Position numbers and translations under genes: made by a program | Shown: piece by piece, positions 9,578 to 21,529 of the stretch | How the letters are laid out: every line of letters begins with the position of its first letter | Position numbering within the stretch: the first letter of the stretch is position 1 | The notes under the pieces: model-generated | The model's input: only the letters and a program-made list of their open reading frames with translations | What the model was told of the DNA's origin: nothing | Databases searched by the model: none | Source of the DNA: Spirochaetota bacterium | GTDB lineage: Bacteria; Spirochaetota; Spirochaetia; SZUA-6 | Assembly: GCA_013151965.1 (NCBI GenBank) | Contig: JAADHF010000131.1 | Location: 129,763 to 193,762, forward strand | Length of the DNA stretch: 64,000 nt | Reading direction: 5' to 3'

Positions 9578-10878
9578 AAATCAGTCTCCCTTTTTTCCTC
9601 GGCATGTCGAATTTCATAAAAAAGGGCGGTATTTCCAGGTATTTAAAAGGATCAATAATCGGCATTGGTCTAAGCCTTATACCGCTTGTAGTTGTTCTCG
9701 AGGTTACGGATGGTATGATACAGGGAATTACATCGAGATATCTTGAGATCGGAACGTATCATCTGGAAATATTCTTTAATAGGGATGAGGACCTGGAAAA
9801 ATTAAAAGAGATTACCGGAAATATAAACAATATCAGGGGAATAAGAGAAACTATAATTGAAAGAAGGGGCATGGGGCTTATATTTGCAGGAGGAATCAGA
9901 ACGGCAGTAACCTTAAGGGCAATACCGGAAAATCTGTTCGCAAGGGATGCAGGATATAGAAAGTATGTCAGAGTAACAGAGGGTAAATTAGGTTTTAGGA
10001 CTAACTCGTCCGTTTTAATAAGTAAATCTATTGCCGATGAGTTAAAGTTAAAGGTCGGCAGCAGGGTAGCCATCGTAACCGTTTCGGGAGGTCTCTATGC
10101 AGAGGGCAGGCCCCGGTTCGGTTTTTTTACCGTTACGGGGATATTTACGACAGGCTATCAGGATCTCGATAAAATGCTGGTCTTTATTCCTCTGGAAAAA
10201 GGTATGAAATTCCTTAATTCTGCGAATTCCTACCAGATAATAGGAGTAAAGGTGGATAATCCCTTTGGAAATCTCACAGGGATTGCACGTGCTATGGAGC
10301 GGTATTTACCGGACGGAACTGCAATCTACAGCTGGTACGAATTGGAACTATCTCAATACAAGTCATTTCAGACTACAAAAGCATTACTTCTTCTTATTAT
10401 GGCGCTTATTGTAATAGTGGCCAGTATAAACATATCTTCATCGATGATCATGATTGTAATAGAGAAAAGCAGGGAAATAGCAATACTTAAAGGGATCGGT
10501 GCGTATCCGTGGATGATTACCGGTGCATTTATGCTTACGGGTTTTGTAAGCGGAGTTGCCGGAACGGTATTGGGACTTACCTCGGGTATTCTTATTTCTG
10601 TTAATATAAATGAGCTGTTTGTTTTTGCCCAGAATCTTATTAATATCGTAATCGCTATCGTTAATTATACTATTCAGCCTCTTGCAGGCCACAAGGTATT
10701 AAGTTCTTTTCAGATTTTTAATTCCGCATATTATCTCGATCGTATACCGATAAAGCTTGATTTCTCTGAAATTTTTATTATAGCTCTCGGCACAATTATG
10801 TTAACCACCCTGGCATCCTATTTTCCTGCAAAAAAAGCCGGGTTTCTTAAGCCTCTTGAGCTTTTAAGAAGATATTAA
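9574..10878 (+). CDS. lolE: Second LolC/LolE-family permease.
   Basis: GTG start overlaps the lolD TGA (GTGA). FtsX-like topology. It is a paralogue of 7573..8886. Confidence 0.7.
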   Translation: MKISLPFFLGMSNFIKKGGISRYLKGSIIGIGLSLIPLVVVLEVTDGMIQGITSRYLEIGTYHLEIFFNRDEDLEKLKEITGNINNIRGIRETIIERRGMGLIFAGGIRTAVTLRAIPENLFARDAGYRKYVRVTEGKLGFRTNSSVLISKSIADELKLKVGSRVAIVTVSGGLYAEGRPRFGFFTVTGIFTTGYQDLDKMLVFIPLEKGMKFLNSANSYQIIGVKVDNPFGNLTGIARAMERYLPDGTAIYSWYELELSQYKSFQTTKALLLLIMALIVIVASINISSSMIMIVIEKSREIAILKGIGAYPWMITGAFMLTGFVSGVAGTVLGLTSGILISVNINELFVFAQNLINIVIAIVNYTIQPLAGHKVLSSFQIFNSAYYLDRIPIKLDFSEIFIIALGTIMLTTLASYFPAKKAGFLKPLELLRRY

Positions 10879-10880
10879 GC

Positions 10881-10908
10881 TTGATTTCTCTGAGAAATTT
10901 CTTATTAT
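10881..10908 (+). promoter_or_regulatory. Putative sigma70-type promoter for mcsA-mcsB-clpC (TTGATT-16nt-TATTAT).
   Basis: TTGATT at 10881-10886, a 16-nt spacer, TATTAT at 10903-10908. mcsA ATG is at 10929. The -35 part lies in a 17-nt sequence that is also found 124 bp upstream inside lolE. Confidence 0.3.
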
Positions 10909-10928
10909 TCTATAGTAGGTAGAAGTAA

Positions 10929-11441
10929 ATGAAATGTGAAATATGTGGAACAAGAGAAGCTGTTATTCACATTCAGCAGATTATCGGAAATAAGAAAGTC
11001 GAGCTGTATATCTGTGAAGAATGTGCAAAGGAACGGGGAATAAAAACCGGAAATGATAAAATCGAGCTCTCGATATCCAGCCTGCTTACCGGCCTTGTCG
11101 ATATACAGGATGTCCATAAAAAAAAGAATGTTCAGAAGGTGTGTCCTTCCTGCGGTCTTACACTAACGGAGTTTAAAGAGAAGGGAAGACTGGGATGTGC
11201 GGAATGCTACTCTGCATTCGGTAAAGAAATAAGATCACTGCTGCACAAGATGTATGGAAAAACCCAGCATTTCGGGAAATTTCCGCATCAGCTCCGTACG
11301 TATAAGACATTTTTAATCGATGTCGAGAAGCTCAAGGATGAATTAAAAAAGGCGGTAACGGAAGAAGATTACGAGGAGGCTGCCGTACTGCGTGACAGGA
11401 TAGCGGAACTGCAGCGTGAAGCGGAGAAATTTCATGTTTAA
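10929..11441 (+). CDS. mcsA: McsA, the protein-arginine kinase activator (two zinc-finger pairs plus a C-terminal UVR domain).
   Basis: CEICG...CEEC and CPSCG...CAEC cysteine pairs. The C-terminal UVR-like segment is EEDYEEAAVLRDRIAELQ. Near-collinear with B. subtilis McsA. Confidence 0.85.
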   Translation: MKCEICGTREAVIHIQQIIGNKKVELYICEECAKERGIKTGNDKIELSISSLLTGLVDIQDVHKKKNVQKVCPSCGLTLTEFKEKGRLGCAECYSAFGKEIRSLLHKMYGKTQHFGKFPHQLRTYKTFLIDVEKLKDELKKAVTEEDYEEAAVLRDRIAELQREAEKFHV

Positions 11442-12519
11442 AGCAAGAGATATAAGTGCTATAAGCGGGTGGTTTCAGGAAACAGGACCCCATGAAGATG
11501 TTATTCTTTCCAGCAGAATCCGGCTTGCACGGAATATGGCGGATTTTCCGTTTCCCCATATGATGTCGGCGGAGGAAGAAGAGGAAGTGGAGGGAAGGGT
11601 AATAACAGCATTTGCGGAGATAAACAATAATAATAAGGCTTTTAAAATAATCGAACTGGATGAACTTACTCCGATCGAGCGGAGAATGCTTCTGGAACGA
11701 AACTTTATTACACAGGATTACTCCCTTAAGAGGAATAAGGTTGTGGTTCTTAACCGGGATGAAACGGTATCCGTAATGGTTAATGAGGAGGAGCATTTAC
11801 GGCTTGCTTCCATACATGCAGGTTTAACCCTGAACGAAGCTTATAAGGATGTGGATGCTCTGGACAGTAAGCTGGAGGATTACCTGCACTTCGCAGTTTC
11901 TCTGGAATGGGGCTATTTAAATACTTCATTAAACGACATAGGAACCGGTCTGCGGAGTTCCGTTATGATGCATGTGCCGGCTCTGGTAATGACATCACTG
12001 ATAGACAGGGTTGTTAAGAATATTAATGAGGTGGGCCTGGCGGTAAAAGGTTTTTTCAGTGATAATGAAGGTTCTTTAGGAGATATGTACCAGATATCGA
12101 ATCAGTTAACCCTCGGCCTTAATGAAAAAGAGATTATAGAAAAACTCGAAGGTATTGCCATGCAGCTTGTGAATTACGAGAAGAAGGCCAGAGAGGAGTT
12201 AATGGAACGGCGCCGGGTGGAAATAGAAGATAGAATACTGCGTGCATACGGTGTACTTAAGTTCTGCAGAAGTATTTCGATTAAAGAGGCAATAGAGCTG
12301 CTTTCGCTTATACGCCTTGGAGTAAGTATAGGTATTATCGGTGGTATCGATTTGCGGACAATCAATACCCTGCTCTTTGCAAGTCAGAAATCGCATATTC
12401 AAAAATTCATATCAGGCGATGAGGAAGATGCCGACAGTAATTATATCGATTTTATCAGGGCAAAAGTAATAAGAGAAGCCCTTGGAAGTTCCGAAAATAT
12501 GGAGGGGAATGATGTTTAA
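11416..12519 (+). CDS. mcsB: McsB protein-arginine kinase (ATP:guanido phosphotransferase family).
   Basis: Phosphagen-kinase-like motif [18 protein letters not shown]. It lies between mcsA and clpC. Confidence 0.8.
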   Translation: MKRRNFMFKARDISAISGWFQETGPHEDVILSSRIRLARNMADFPFPHMMSAEEEEEVEGRVITAFAEINNNNKAFKIIELDELTPIERRMLLERNFITQDYSLKRNKVVVLNRDETVSVMVNEEEHLRLASIHAGLTLNEAYKDVDALDSKLEDYLHFAVSLEWGYLNTSLNDIGTGLRSSVMMHVPALVMTSLIDRVVKNINEVGLAVKGFFSDNEGSLGDMYQISNQLTLGLNEKEIIEKLEGIAMQLVNYEKKAREELMERRRVEIEDRILRAYGVLKFCRSISIKEAIELLSLIRLGVSIGIIGGIDLRTINTLLFASQKSHIQKFISGDEEDADSNYIDFIRAKVIREALGSSENMEGNDV

Positions 12520-15001
12520 GGGTTTAACTCAGAGAGCACAGAAAATATTAACGGTACTGGCACAGGAGGAGGCGAAGAAATATCATTCCGGTCAGCTTAT
12601 GCCCGAACATATAATTCTTGCCCTTCTCAAGGACGGGGAAGGGGTGGCGATAAAGGCATTGCAGATGTTAAAGGTAAATATTGCAGAGATGCAGCTTGAA
12701 ATAGAGAAAGAAATGCCCAGGGGAAAGGGCGGGCTTATCCTCGGAGATGTTCCTCCGTCGAAGCGCGGCCAGCATATCCTGGAAGATTCCGCTGAAGAGG
12801 CGAGAAATATGGGGCATGAATATATCGGTACCGAACATCTCCTGCTGGCGGCGGCACGGGAGACGGGAAGTGTTATCTCCCGGTATTTCGCACGCAATAA
12901 TGTTTCACCGAATATGCTCAGGGAAGTAATAATTAAGATCAACGGACTTGGTGATATTTCCCGCCAGGGGCAGAAAAAACGTAAACCTCAGTCTATTGCA
13001 AGAAAAACGACTCCCACATTAGACGAATTCGGGCGTGATTTAACCGTTTATGCCCGTGAGAAAAAGCTCGATCCCGTAATAGGACGCAGCAAGGAAATAC
13101 AGAGGGTTATTCAGATACTTGCAAGGAGAACAAAGAATAATCCTGTTCTGATAGGTGAGCCCGGTGTGGGGAAAACTGCCATCGTCGAGGGACTGGCCCA
13201 AAAAATCGTAGAAGGAAATGTACCTGAAATATTAATCGGAAAACGTGTTTTAATACTGGATCTTGCATCGCTGGTGGCCGGGACAAAATACCGCGGAGAA
13301 TTCGAAGAACGCCTTAAGAGAGTTATGAAAGAAATCATAACGGTAAAGAATGTGATACTCTTTATCGATGAACTTCATACGATAATAGGGGCAGGAGGAG
13401 CAGAGGGAGCTATTGATGCATCCAATATGCTGAAACCTGCGCTGTCACGGGGGGAACTCCAGTGTATCGGCGCCACGACATTGAATGAGTATAAAAAGTA
13501 TATAGAGAAAGACGCTGCACTGGAAAGAAGGTTCCAGTCGATTTTTGTGGAGGAGCCTTCCATAGAAGAAACTGTTGAAATACTAAAGGGGATTAAATCC
13601 AGATATGCAGAGCATCATCATGTTACCTATACCTACGAAGCATTGGAAACCGCTGCTGCCCTTTCCAGCCGGTATATTTCGGACAGGTATCTGCCGGACA
13701 AGGCGATCGATTTAATGGATGAAGCCGGTTCGAGAAAACGTATAGACAACAGTATAAGGCCCAAAGAAATCCAGGACCTGGAAAAAGAAATAGAGAAACT
13801 GACAATCGAAAAAACCAACCTTGTAAGTACTCAGAATTATGAAAAAGCGGCTGCTGTCAGGGATACGGTAAGGCAGTTAAGGCAGAGGGTTGAAGAAATA
13901 AAGAGGAATTGGGAAAGCAATATCCGTGTGGAAGAAAATATTGTCGATGTTAATGAAATACAGCTGGTTATTTCCGATATAACAGGGATACCCGTATCGA
14001 GGATCGCTCAGAGTGAATCGGATAAATTACTCCGCATAGAGAAGGAACTTCATAAAAAAGTAATCGGACAGGATGAAGCGATAGGGGTAATTGCTTCGGC
14101 AATCCGGCGGTCCAGAATAGGGTTAAGTTCACCCAGGAGACCGCTCGGATCTTTTGTATTCATAGGACCCACAGGAGTCGGCAAAACGCTTGTTGCAAAA
14201 ACTCTGGCGGAATATCTTTTCGGTAATGAAGAGGCGCTTATCCGCATCGATATGTCGGATTTCATGGAAAAACATAATGTTTCCCGTCTGGTCGGAGCTC
14301 CTCCGGGTTATATCGGTTATGAAGAGGGCGGACTTCTCACGGAAAAGATAAGAAGACGGCCGTACAGTGTAATTCTTCTGGATGAGATCGAGAAGGCTCA
14401 CCCTGATGTTTTTAATCTTCTGCTGCAGGTCCTGGAGGAGGGACAGCTGCAGGATAATTTAGGACATTCGGTATCATTCAGAAATGCCGTTCTTATTATG
14501 ACCTCCAATGCCGGGGCACGGGAGATAAGCAGGGATTCGTATCTGGGTTTTCAGGCGGAACAGGGCGGTATGAAATTTTCCGAGATAAAGAGTTCAGCCA
14601 TGGGAGAATTAAAGAAGTTGTTTAATCCTGAATTTTTAAACCGTGTGGATGAGATCGTGGTTTTCCATAGTCTTACAGTCGAACAGATCGGAAAAATATT
14701 TGAAATAATGCTTTCCGAAATCGGGGAGAGGCTTAAAGAGCAGAAAATAAATTTACGGATTACAAAACGTGCCAAAGACTATCTTATAGCAGAAGGATTC
14801 GATAAAAAATTCGGAGCACGCCCGCTGCGCCGTGTATTGCAGAAAAAGATCGAAGATTCTCTGTCGCTTGGAATACTAAAGGGCAAATTTAAAGCGGGGA
14901 ATCTCGTTGTTGTAGATTTTAAAAAGGATAATCTCGTATTCAGAACAGGAAAGAAGAGGACAAAACCTAAAACCAAGCAGCTGGAGAAAGTACCTGGATG
15001 A
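12509..15001 (+). CDS. clpC: ATP-dependent Clp protease ATP-binding subunit ClpC (two AAA+ modules plus a UVR linker).
   Basis: Clp_N repeats are present. Walker [10 protein letters not shown] and [11 protein letters not shown]-like middle domain [28 protein letters not shown]. The ORF track starts at 12482, but ATG 12509/12512 ([11 protein letters not shown]) matches typical ClpC N-termini and overlaps the mcsB stop. Confidence 0.9.
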   Translation: MMFKGLTQRAQKILTVLAQEEAKKYHSGQLMPEHIILALLKDGEGVAIKALQMLKVNIAEMQLEIEKEMPRGKGGLILGDVPPSKRGQHILEDSAEEARNMGHEYIGTEHLLLAAARETGSVISRYFARNNVSPNMLREVIIKINGLGDISRQGQKKRKPQSIARKTTPTLDEFGRDLTVYAREKKLDPVIGRSKEIQRVIQILARRTKNNPVLIGEPGVGKTAIVEGLAQKIVEGNVPEILIGKRVLILDLASLVAGTKYRGEFEERLKRVMKEIITVKNVILFIDELHTIIGAGGAEGAIDASNMLKPALSRGELQCIGATTLNEYKKYIEKDAALERRFQSIFVEEPSIEETVEILKGIKSRYAEHHHVTYTYEALETAAALSSRYISDRYLPDKAIDLMDEAGSRKRIDNSIRPKEIQDLEKEIEKLTIEKTNLVSTQNYEKAAAVRDTVRQLRQRVEEIKRNWESNIRVEENIVDVNEIQLVISDITGIPVSRIAQSESDKLLRIEKELHKKVIGQDEAIGVIASAIRRSRIGLSSPRRPLGSFVFIGPTGVGKTLVAKTLAEYLFGNEEALIRIDMSDFMEKHNVSRLVGAPPGYIGYEEGGLLTEKIRRRPYSVILLDEIEKAHPDVFNLLLQVLEEGQLQDNLGHSVSFRNAVLIMTSNAGAREISRDSYLGFQAEQGGMKFSEIKSSAMGELKKLFNPEFLNRVDEIVVFHSLTVEQIGKIFEIMLSEIGERLKEQKINLRITKRAKDYLIAEGFDKKFGARPLRRVLQKKIEDSLSLGILKGKFKAGNLVVVDFKKDNLVFRTGKKRTKPKTKQLEKVPG

Positions 15002-17871
15002 GGCTGAACGGGAGAATTGCCTCCCTGTTGCTCTTTTTTTTCGTATCATTACACTTATACCCGGATAGTGCGGATAATCTTTATAAAACGGCCGTGGGGG
15101 CGGTTAAAGAGGGTTTTTATCTTACAGCGGCGAATAGCCTTAAAAAATTCATAGAAAACTATCCCGGAGACCCACGTGCAGGTAGTGCTTACTACCTTTT
15201 TGCTCTTTCCCATTACTATCTGCAGCACTATAGAATTGCTGCAGATAATTTTTCCGTGCTTGTTAAGAAATATCCGGGAACCAGATACAATAGTTCGGTT
15301 TATTACTGGATAGGTTTGTCATATTTCCATCTCGCAGATTACAGAAACTCAATCTTAAATTTTAACAGGCAGATTAAACAGTACGATGCGAATAAGAATT
15401 ATTTTATACGCGCCCTGTACTATAAGGCCTCCTCCCTGGAAAGACTCGGCAAGAGCAGAGAAGCTCTGTCAACTTATAAGAGCGTCATAGGAAATGGCAG
15501 GGATCCGGCTATCCAGGCTGCTTCTATATTTGCAGCAGGATCTATTGAATTTAAAGAAGAAAATTATAGTGAAGCTTCCGATTATTTTAAAAAAATACTT
15601 ATCGGCTATCCGGATTCGCCGTACGGAAAGGAATCACTGTTTTTTTCCGCCGAATGCAGTTTTTTTCTTAAAGACTATAATGAAGCGGGAAAAAGATACA
15701 AAAGGTTTTTACAGCTGTATTCTTCCGGCAGATATTCGGAAGCTGCATATTACAGGCTTGCCTATATATATGTGACCGTTAAAGATACGGAGAAGGGTCT
15801 TTACTATGTAAAGAAATACGAAACGAGTTATCCCGGAGGCAGCTACACCGCCGATATCCGGAAATTAAAGGCCCGGGCTTATTTCGATTCCGGAGATTTT
15901 AGACTCTCAAGAACCCTTTACCGGGAGATCCTGAAGATGGAACCGGATGCTCCCGAACGTCAGGAGATCGTGTATAATCTGGGTGTGTGTTCATTGAACA
16001 TCGGGGATAATATAAGTGCTCTGAAATATTTCAGGGAATCTGCCACGGGCAGGAATAGTGATACGGCAAAAAAGGCATTATATAAAGAGGGACAGGTGCT
16101 GATAGCTTCGGGACGCCAGGAAGAAGCCGCCGAAGTGTTAAAAAGATTTATCCGGATGTATCCGGCAGACGGTTCCGTTTTTAAGGCGGAAAGGCAGTTA
16201 GGGGATATTTATGATAATAAGGGTAAGTATAAAGAGGCGCTTGCCGTCTGGAACAGTCTTATAAACAGTACGGAAGCCGGTGCGGCCGTGGACAGTCTGC
16301 TTTATAAAAGAGGCAGCGATTACATCAGGGTTGGTGATTATACTAAAGCAATAAGGGACTTCGGCCGGATTATAAATCATTACGGTACATCCGGCTTTAA
16401 AAATGAGACATTGTATCAATTAGGTTATATTTACTCTTTAAAAGGGGAATACAAGAGGTCTTTGGAGTATTTTAAACCGCTTCTTAATCTTAAGGAAGAT
16501 TCGGATTTAAAGGAAAAAGCAGCCTTTGCCGCTGCAGCTGTATATTTTGATACCGGAGATTATGCAAGTGCGGAGAAATATTTTTTGTCATTAACGGATA
16601 ACGCTTCCGAAGGCAGTCTTAAGGGTGAAGCGGCATTAAACCTCGGCAGGATAAAGTATAAACAGCAGAAATATCCGGATGCCTATCACTATTTTATTAA
16701 AGCCCGTACTCTTCTTGCCGGTTCCGGCGACAGGGCGGAGGCGGTTTACTGGGCCGGCTGGTCACGGTTCAGGACCGGTGACTTCGATTCTGCAAAAAAG
16801 TTATACCTCGAGGTTGTAAAGGATTATCCGGAAAGCGGTTATGCTGCAAGGGCATACTACAGGGCAGGTATCTGTGCTTTCCGGCTTAAGGAATACGGGA
16901 CAAGTATAAAATATTATAACGCTTCCATCTCGACAGACAGGGGAAACAACACGGATAATCTTAAGGAAGTTGCACTTGCAGCAAGAGGGATAAGTGAATT
17001 TTACTCCGGAAAAAAAGACGATGCATTAAAGACCCTGGAACAATTAAGCAAAGAGTTTCCCGGAAGCAGCCTCGCTGCGGAAGGTTATTACAGAATAGCC
17101 GAGTATTTGTTTAATAAGGAGCTTTACAGTGATGCCTACCGGTATTTTTCCGATGTTGTGATAAAATTTCCGGATTCAAAGGATTCCGAACTGGCCCTGT
17201 ACTGGCAGGGAAACTGTGCAATGAAACTTAAGGATTACAGAGAAGCCGTTAACATCCTGTTTAACTATCTGAGTAAATACCCTCGCGGGGTTTACAGTAA
17301 TGAAGCGGGAGAATTAATTAAGGATGCAATAGTTAAACTGAATGATAATCGTTTTGCCGATTCACTCTATAAAAAAATACTGGGCAGTACTGGAATACCG
17401 GAATCCGTACGGTCTAAACTGCTGTTGGAATACGCTGTCTATAAATTCCCCTCGGACAGAAAGACCGCTTATACTATTTTTAAGAAACTGCGCGGAAAGA
17501 ACCTCGATAACCGGGTAAAGGAAAAGCTCGATTACTGGATAGGACGATACTATAAAGCGGAGGGTAATTTTAATCGGGCTGCTGAGATCTTTAAAGGTAT
17601 TGCAGACACGCACATCGACAGGCTTGGTGCGGAAGCACAGCTTGAACTTGCCGCAAGTCTGGAAGAGAATAACAAACCCGAAAGAGCTGCCGAAGAATAC
17701 CTTGCACTGACCTATGTTTTTCCCGATTATAAAGATATTGTGGCGGAAGCTCTGTACAGGGCAGCGCGGATATACGAAACAGCCGGCAATAAAAAACAGG
17801 CGGACTATCTGTATAAAAAACTGCGGAACGATTATCCCGGCAGTGTCCGGATTAAAAAAATCATGAATTAG
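14998..17871 (+). CDS. Large secreted tetratricopeptide-repeat protein.
   Basis: Signal peptide [22 protein letters not shown]. About 20 TPR-like units. ATGA overlap with clpC. Confidence 0.7.
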   Translation: MRLNGRIASLLLFFFVSLHLYPDSADNLYKTAVGAVKEGFYLTAANSLKKFIENYPGDPRAGSAYYLFALSHYYLQHYRIAADNFSVLVKKYPGTRYNSSVYYWIGLSYFHLADYRNSILNFNRQIKQYDANKNYFIRALYYKASSLERLGKSREALSTYKSVIGNGRDPAIQAASIFAAGSIEFKEENYSEASDYFKKILIGYPDSPYGKESLFFSAECSFFLKDYNEAGKRYKRFLQLYSSGRYSEAAYYRLAYIYVTVKDTEKGLYYVKKYETSYPGGSYTADIRKLKARAYFDSGDFRLSRTLYREILKMEPDAPERQEIVYNLGVCSLNIGDNISALKYFRESATGRNSDTAKKALYKEGQVLIASGRQEEAAEVLKRFIRMYPADGSVFKAERQLGDIYDNKGKYKEALAVWNSLINSTEAGAAVDSLLYKRGSDYIRVGDYTKAIRDFGRIINHYGTSGFKNETLYQLGYIYSLKGEYKRSLEYFKPLLNLKEDSDLKEKAAFAAAAVYFDTGDYASAEKYFLSLTDNASEGSLKGEAALNLGRIKYKQQKYPDAYHYFIKARTLLAGSGDRAEAVYWAGWSRFRTGDFDSAKKLYLEVVKDYPESGYAARAYYRAGICAFRLKEYGTSIKYYNASISTDRGNNTDNLKEVALAARGISEFYSGKKDDALKTLEQLSKEFPGSSLAAEGYYRIAEYLFNKELYSDAYRYFSDVVIKFPDSKDSELALYWQGNCAMKLKDYREAVNILFNYLSKYPRGVYSNEAGELIKDAIVKLNDNRFADSLYKKILGSTGIPESVRSKLLLEYAVYKFPSDRKTAYTIFKKLRGKNLDNRVKEKLDYWIGRYYKAEGNFNRAAEIFKGIADTHIDRLGAEAQLELAASLEENNKPERAAEEYLALTYVFPDYKDIVAEALYRAARIYETAGNKKQADYLYKKLRNDYPGSVRIKKIMN

Positions 17872-17880
17872 AGGCTGTAA

Positions 17881-19392
17881 TTAACGGGTACGGTTCAGTG
17901 CTTCTGTCAGTCTTAAAAATCTCTTTTTAATTAAATCGTTTTCCGCCAGGCGTGTATTACTGCCGTGTATTACTACCGGATAAATATTAATATAGATAAG
18001 GTTGCCGTGATACAATCCCGCTTTTAAAATAATGCTTTCCTCTCCGTGGGCTGTCCCTTCCATGCCCGGAAAAATAAAATTGCCCAGTGAATACGCAATA
18101 AGCTTTTGCCTGTAAACTTCCAATCCCTGCAGGTAATGAGGATGCGAGCCGATTATGAGATCCGCTCCACTGTCTATCATGCTTCTGTAAAGTTTTTTCT
18201 GTTTTTCCGTAGGCACGGAAGTCCATTCCCTTCCGCCGTGTACCATTACGATATCAAAAGTTTTTTTGGAAAACGTCCTTTTTAGAAGATTTAAAAAGTA
18301 CTTATTCGCCCATAATATGCCCGGGCTGTTTTCGGCAGCTGTAAATTTTCTGCCGTCGAACCCGCTCGATTCCACAGGATATGCCCCGGCAGAGTAAATT
18401 TGCAGCTTCTCACCGCCAACCTTAACTTCAAAGGGCATGGAAGCCTCTTTAAGGTTGCCGCCGGCTCCGGAAAAGCCGATTTTTTCATCTTTAAGGTTTT
18501 TAAGGGCATCGCGGAATCCCTCTATACCGTAATCGAGGGAGTGATTGTTGGCAAGGGAAACATAATTAAATCCGGCTTCACTGATTTTTTTAAGTGCAAG
18601 AGGATTAAAGTGAAAGTGATATCTCTTTTTTGCCTTTTTCCCTTTAAGGGATGCAACACATTCGAGGTTTCCCATAAGAAAATCGGTGTTTTTCAGTATG
18701 GGGAGGGTGCTGCCGAAAACATTTACCAGGCCCTGTGTGCCCCGGCTTCCCTGCCTTCCCCGCAGCAGAGTTTTATCAGTACCCCTTGCCAGCATCATAT
18801 CGCCTACCGCTCCTATCCATACTATTCTTTTCCCGCTGTTATCTGTTTTTAAACTATTAAACCAGGCAGCTATTACGGGGACGGAGCTTCTTAGCAGCAG
18901 AAAATAATTATCTGCAAGCGGGTAGCCGGGCTGAAACGGATATCTGTGTCCAACGGAAACGGCTCTCCAGGGAAGTCTGATGTTTTTAAGGGGCAGTATC
19001 TTTAAATCTCCGGAAGAATCTTTTTGTGAAGCAATTTCGAACAAATATTTAAAAGAAATATTCTGTCTCGGATCCCACAACCTTACAGCCGGTGCAAAGA
19101 AAACCGTTTTTACTTTCTTTTTTATAAATCTCATTTTCGCGGTACTGCCGTCCGGTTTCATGGCAGCGCTCTTTTTCCGCCATGAATCTCTCCGGATATA
19201 GATGAGGTTTTTTGATTCGGAAGAGGTATCTCCGGAGTATGTGTATATTTTAACCTGAATACCGGGAGGGAGCGGGTTATTCGAAACCAGCTGCTTCCAT
19301 ATTGTTAAATAAGAGGGTTTTATATTAACGGACAACTGCTCTGAGTCTGCATTACAGCCTGAGAGCAGAAAAATTAACAGTACGATAAGCAT
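17881..19392 (-). CDS. CapA/PGA_cap-family metallophosphoesterase-like lipoprotein.
   Basis: Lipobox LLSGC. Motifs ANNHSLDYG, MVHGGREW and GSHPHYLQG are typical of CapA-like proteins from poly-gamma-glutamate capsule synthesis. Its start lies 3 nt after the stop of the upstream minus-strand gene. Confidence 0.6.
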   Translation of the reverse strand: MLIVLLIFLLSGCNADSEQLSVNIKPSYLTIWKQLVSNNPLPPGIQVKIYTYSGDTSSESKNLIYIRRDSWRKKSAAMKPDGSTAKMRFIKKKVKTVFFAPAVRLWDPRQNISFKYLFEIASQKDSSGDLKILPLKNIRLPWRAVSVGHRYPFQPGYPLADNYFLLLRSSVPVIAAWFNSLKTDNSGKRIVWIGAVGDMMLARGTDKTLLRGRQGSRGTQGLVNVFGSTLPILKNTDFLMGNLECVASLKGKKAKKRYHFHFNPLALKKISEAGFNYVSLANNHSLDYGIEGFRDALKNLKDEKIGFSGAGGNLKEASMPFEVKVGGEKLQIYSAGAYPVESSGFDGRKFTAAENSPGILWANKYFLNLLKRTFSKKTFDIVMVHGGREWTSVPTEKQKKLYRSMIDSGADLIIGSHPHYLQGLEVYRQKLIAYSLGNFIFPGMEGTAHGEESIILKAGLYHGNLIYINIYPVVIHGSNTRLAENDLIKKRFLRLTEALNRTR

Positions 19393-19394
19393 TA

Positions 19395-21041
19395 TCAGTA
19401 GTTTTTCTGTATGGATCTGCTTTCATCTTCGTTCTTCAGTTCAGCTATTGCCTTGTTAAGTCTCTGCTGCAGATCTTCCGAACCTTTCTTTAACAGCATT
19501 ACAACATCTAAAGACCCGACGTTTTCGGATGCAGGAACTATATCTCCGTGAAAGAATTTCCCGGAAATATAGTTTCCGACACTTCTCTCCGTTGCAATAC
19601 CGTCCGTTTCTTCCCATATATGCTGTACGATACCCTGTATATCGTTGTCGAATTCAACAATTCGGGAGCCGAATTGCTCCAGATAATCCTTGATATAAGA
19701 TGCTTTTTGTATTGCTATTTTCATTGAAGATAAACGTTCGGGTGTCAATGTGCCGGTTTTCTCAAAATTCTTTCTGGTTGTAAATATAACAACCTCGAAT
19801 TTGGAATACGGATCTGTCGAAATAACCGGTTTATCATTAAAAAATGCATTAGGCCATCCTGCATTAAGGATAATGTCTATTTTACCCTCCAGTAATGCAG
19901 GAAATATTTTTCCCCACTGATCACCGTAGAATTCGTACTCTATATCTGACTTCTCCGCTATTCTTTTAAAAATATCGATGCTTATTCCTTCGGATTTTCC
20001 TGCTGTTAAGGAAACCCACGGCGGATATGCAATATCGTGTCCGACAATAATGGTCGAAGGTTCTTTTATTTTCATTCCGCGTTTAAAGAGTTTATCCTTT
20101 TGCTCCTGAATATAGATTTCTGAAATTTCGACCAGTGATTCCACTTCGTTCATATTCTTTGTCTGGTATTCCATATTGGAAATAATATGGTTAGAACTTG
20201 AACTTATAAAATTTGCGGAATCATTGATAAATGAGATATGGTTGTATATTTCTTCCGTATTCTCCGACTGTTCATGAACAAGTTCGATAATATCCTTGAT
20301 TTCCGAATCGACCAACTGCATAGACTGAGAAGATTCTTCTATGCCTTCCTCCGTTTTTTCGATTCTCTTCCGTACCATGTCCCTTACCTTTATATATTCT
20401 TCCATGAGCTGCATGGTATTTGAGATATCTTTTTTTAATGAGCCTATAAATGAAGATATTTCATTTGTAGTCATTTTGGTTTTATCGGCAAGTTTTCTCA
20501 CTTCATGAGCAACAACATTGAACCCCCTGCCGTATTTTCCCGCACGGGCGGCTTCTATTGCTGCATTTAACGCAAGAAGATTTGTAAGGCTTGATATATC
20601 CTCTATAACTTCGGTACTGGAAAGTATCTTTCTGGTTGCCCCTTCCACCTCGATGAATAGCTTCTGTATTTTGCCGAACATGTTTTCAAGTTCCATAATA
20701 GAAGCTTTGGCATCTTTTATGGAATCAACGCTGTCCGAAAGCTGGGATCTGTTTTTTTCTATACGGTTATGGGAACTCTCGACATGTGTAACCATTTTTT
20801 CCGAGTGTTTGCTTATATTTTTAAGTTCGTCCCTTACATTGGAGATAAGATCCTTATTATAATCGGATGCCTTAAGCATTTCCAGAATGAATGCATTATT
20901 CAGACCGGAAATCTGTAATGTATCCCGTATAAAACTCGAAATGGTTTTTCTTGTTTCATGGAAAGATTCGAGAAGTTCCCATACCTCATCCTGCAGACCT
21001 GGATTTACATCTTTGTTATCAGAATAATTACTGTCTTCCAA
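19395..21041 (-). CDS. Soluble methyl-accepting chemotaxis protein with a C-terminal SBP_bac_3 (amino-acid-binding-protein-like) domain.
   Basis: The MCP signalling-tip motif [31 protein letters not shown] lies in the N-terminal half. No TM segment. The C-terminal part matches the periplasmic amino-acid binding fold ([53 protein letters not shown]). Confidence 0.65.
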   Translation of the reverse strand: MEDSNYSDNKDVNPGLQDEVWELLESFHETRKTISSFIRDTLQISGLNNAFILEMLKASDYNKDLISNVRDELKNISKHSEKMVTHVESSHNRIEKNRSQLSDSVDSIKDAKASIMELENMFGKIQKLFIEVEGATRKILSSTEVIEDISSLTNLLALNAAIEAARAGKYGRGFNVVAHEVRKLADKTKMTTNEISSFIGSLKKDISNTMQLMEEYIKVRDMVRKRIEKTEEGIEESSQSMQLVDSEIKDIIELVHEQSENTEEIYNHISFINDSANFISSSSNHIISNMEYQTKNMNEVESLVEISEIYIQEQKDKLFKRGMKIKEPSTIIVGHDIAYPPWVSLTAGKSEGISIDIFKRIAEKSDIEYEFYGDQWGKIFPALLEGKIDIILNAGWPNAFFNDKPVISTDPYSKFEVVIFTTRKNFEKTGTLTPERLSSMKIAIQKASYIKDYLEQFGSRIVEFDNDIQGIVQHIWEETDGIATERSVGNYISGKFFHGDIVPASENVGSLDVVMLLKKGSEDLQQRLNKAIAELKNEDESRSIQKNY

Positions 21042-21088
21042 CTGAAACCTCTCCTTTGTCTGTTCTTTATAAAAGGGAACAGGAGTTT

Positions 21089-21382
21089 TTACTTTTTCTG
21101 TTCGACGGAATCTTCTATTATATTAAAAGGCACGACATGTGTTTTTTCATCTTCTTTTAGCTCTTCGATCAGAATTACCGCCTGAAACGGAATCATAAGA
21201 TGTTTTGATTTCCGGAAAGTCTTCCTTATCTCATCATCGGACGGATTTATTATCAGTTTAGAGCCGTCGGGAAATATAAGATCTTTTATCGAAACAAAGT
21301 ATGGATGAGTAAGATCGAGCTGTTTTGCGCTGAGTGATATTTCTTTTCCCTTCCATTTAAAGTAGACACGATATACGGACAC
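21089..21382 (-). CDS. Small hypothetical protein (97 aa), first gene of the minus-strand unit.
   Basis: ORF with coding-like composition, sitting upstream of and co-oriented with the MCP gene. I recognise no domain. Confidence 0.4.
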   Translation of the reverse strand: MSVYRVYFKWKGKEISLSAKQLDLTHPYFVSIKDLIFPDGSKLIINPSDDEIRKTFRKSKHLMIPFQAVILIEELKEDEKTHVVPFNIIEDSVEQKK

Positions 21383-21529
21383 TGCCGGATCCCCTTGTTG
21401 TTTTTATAGAGTAAGGTAATGCTAATGAAAAGAGATGTCAATTGGTATTTTCGGGACGTACTACTAAACATAATTTAATATGAATTTTAAAATTATTCAT
21501 TTTTTTCAGAAATATATAAAGAATATTCG

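Noticed and set aside
12482-12511. Upstream ATG (12482) given by the ORF track as the clpC start ([14 protein letters not shown]...).
   Set aside because: ClpC N-domains begin at the MFKG...TQRAQ motif. The extension is in-frame read-through of the mcsB 3' end without an RBS.
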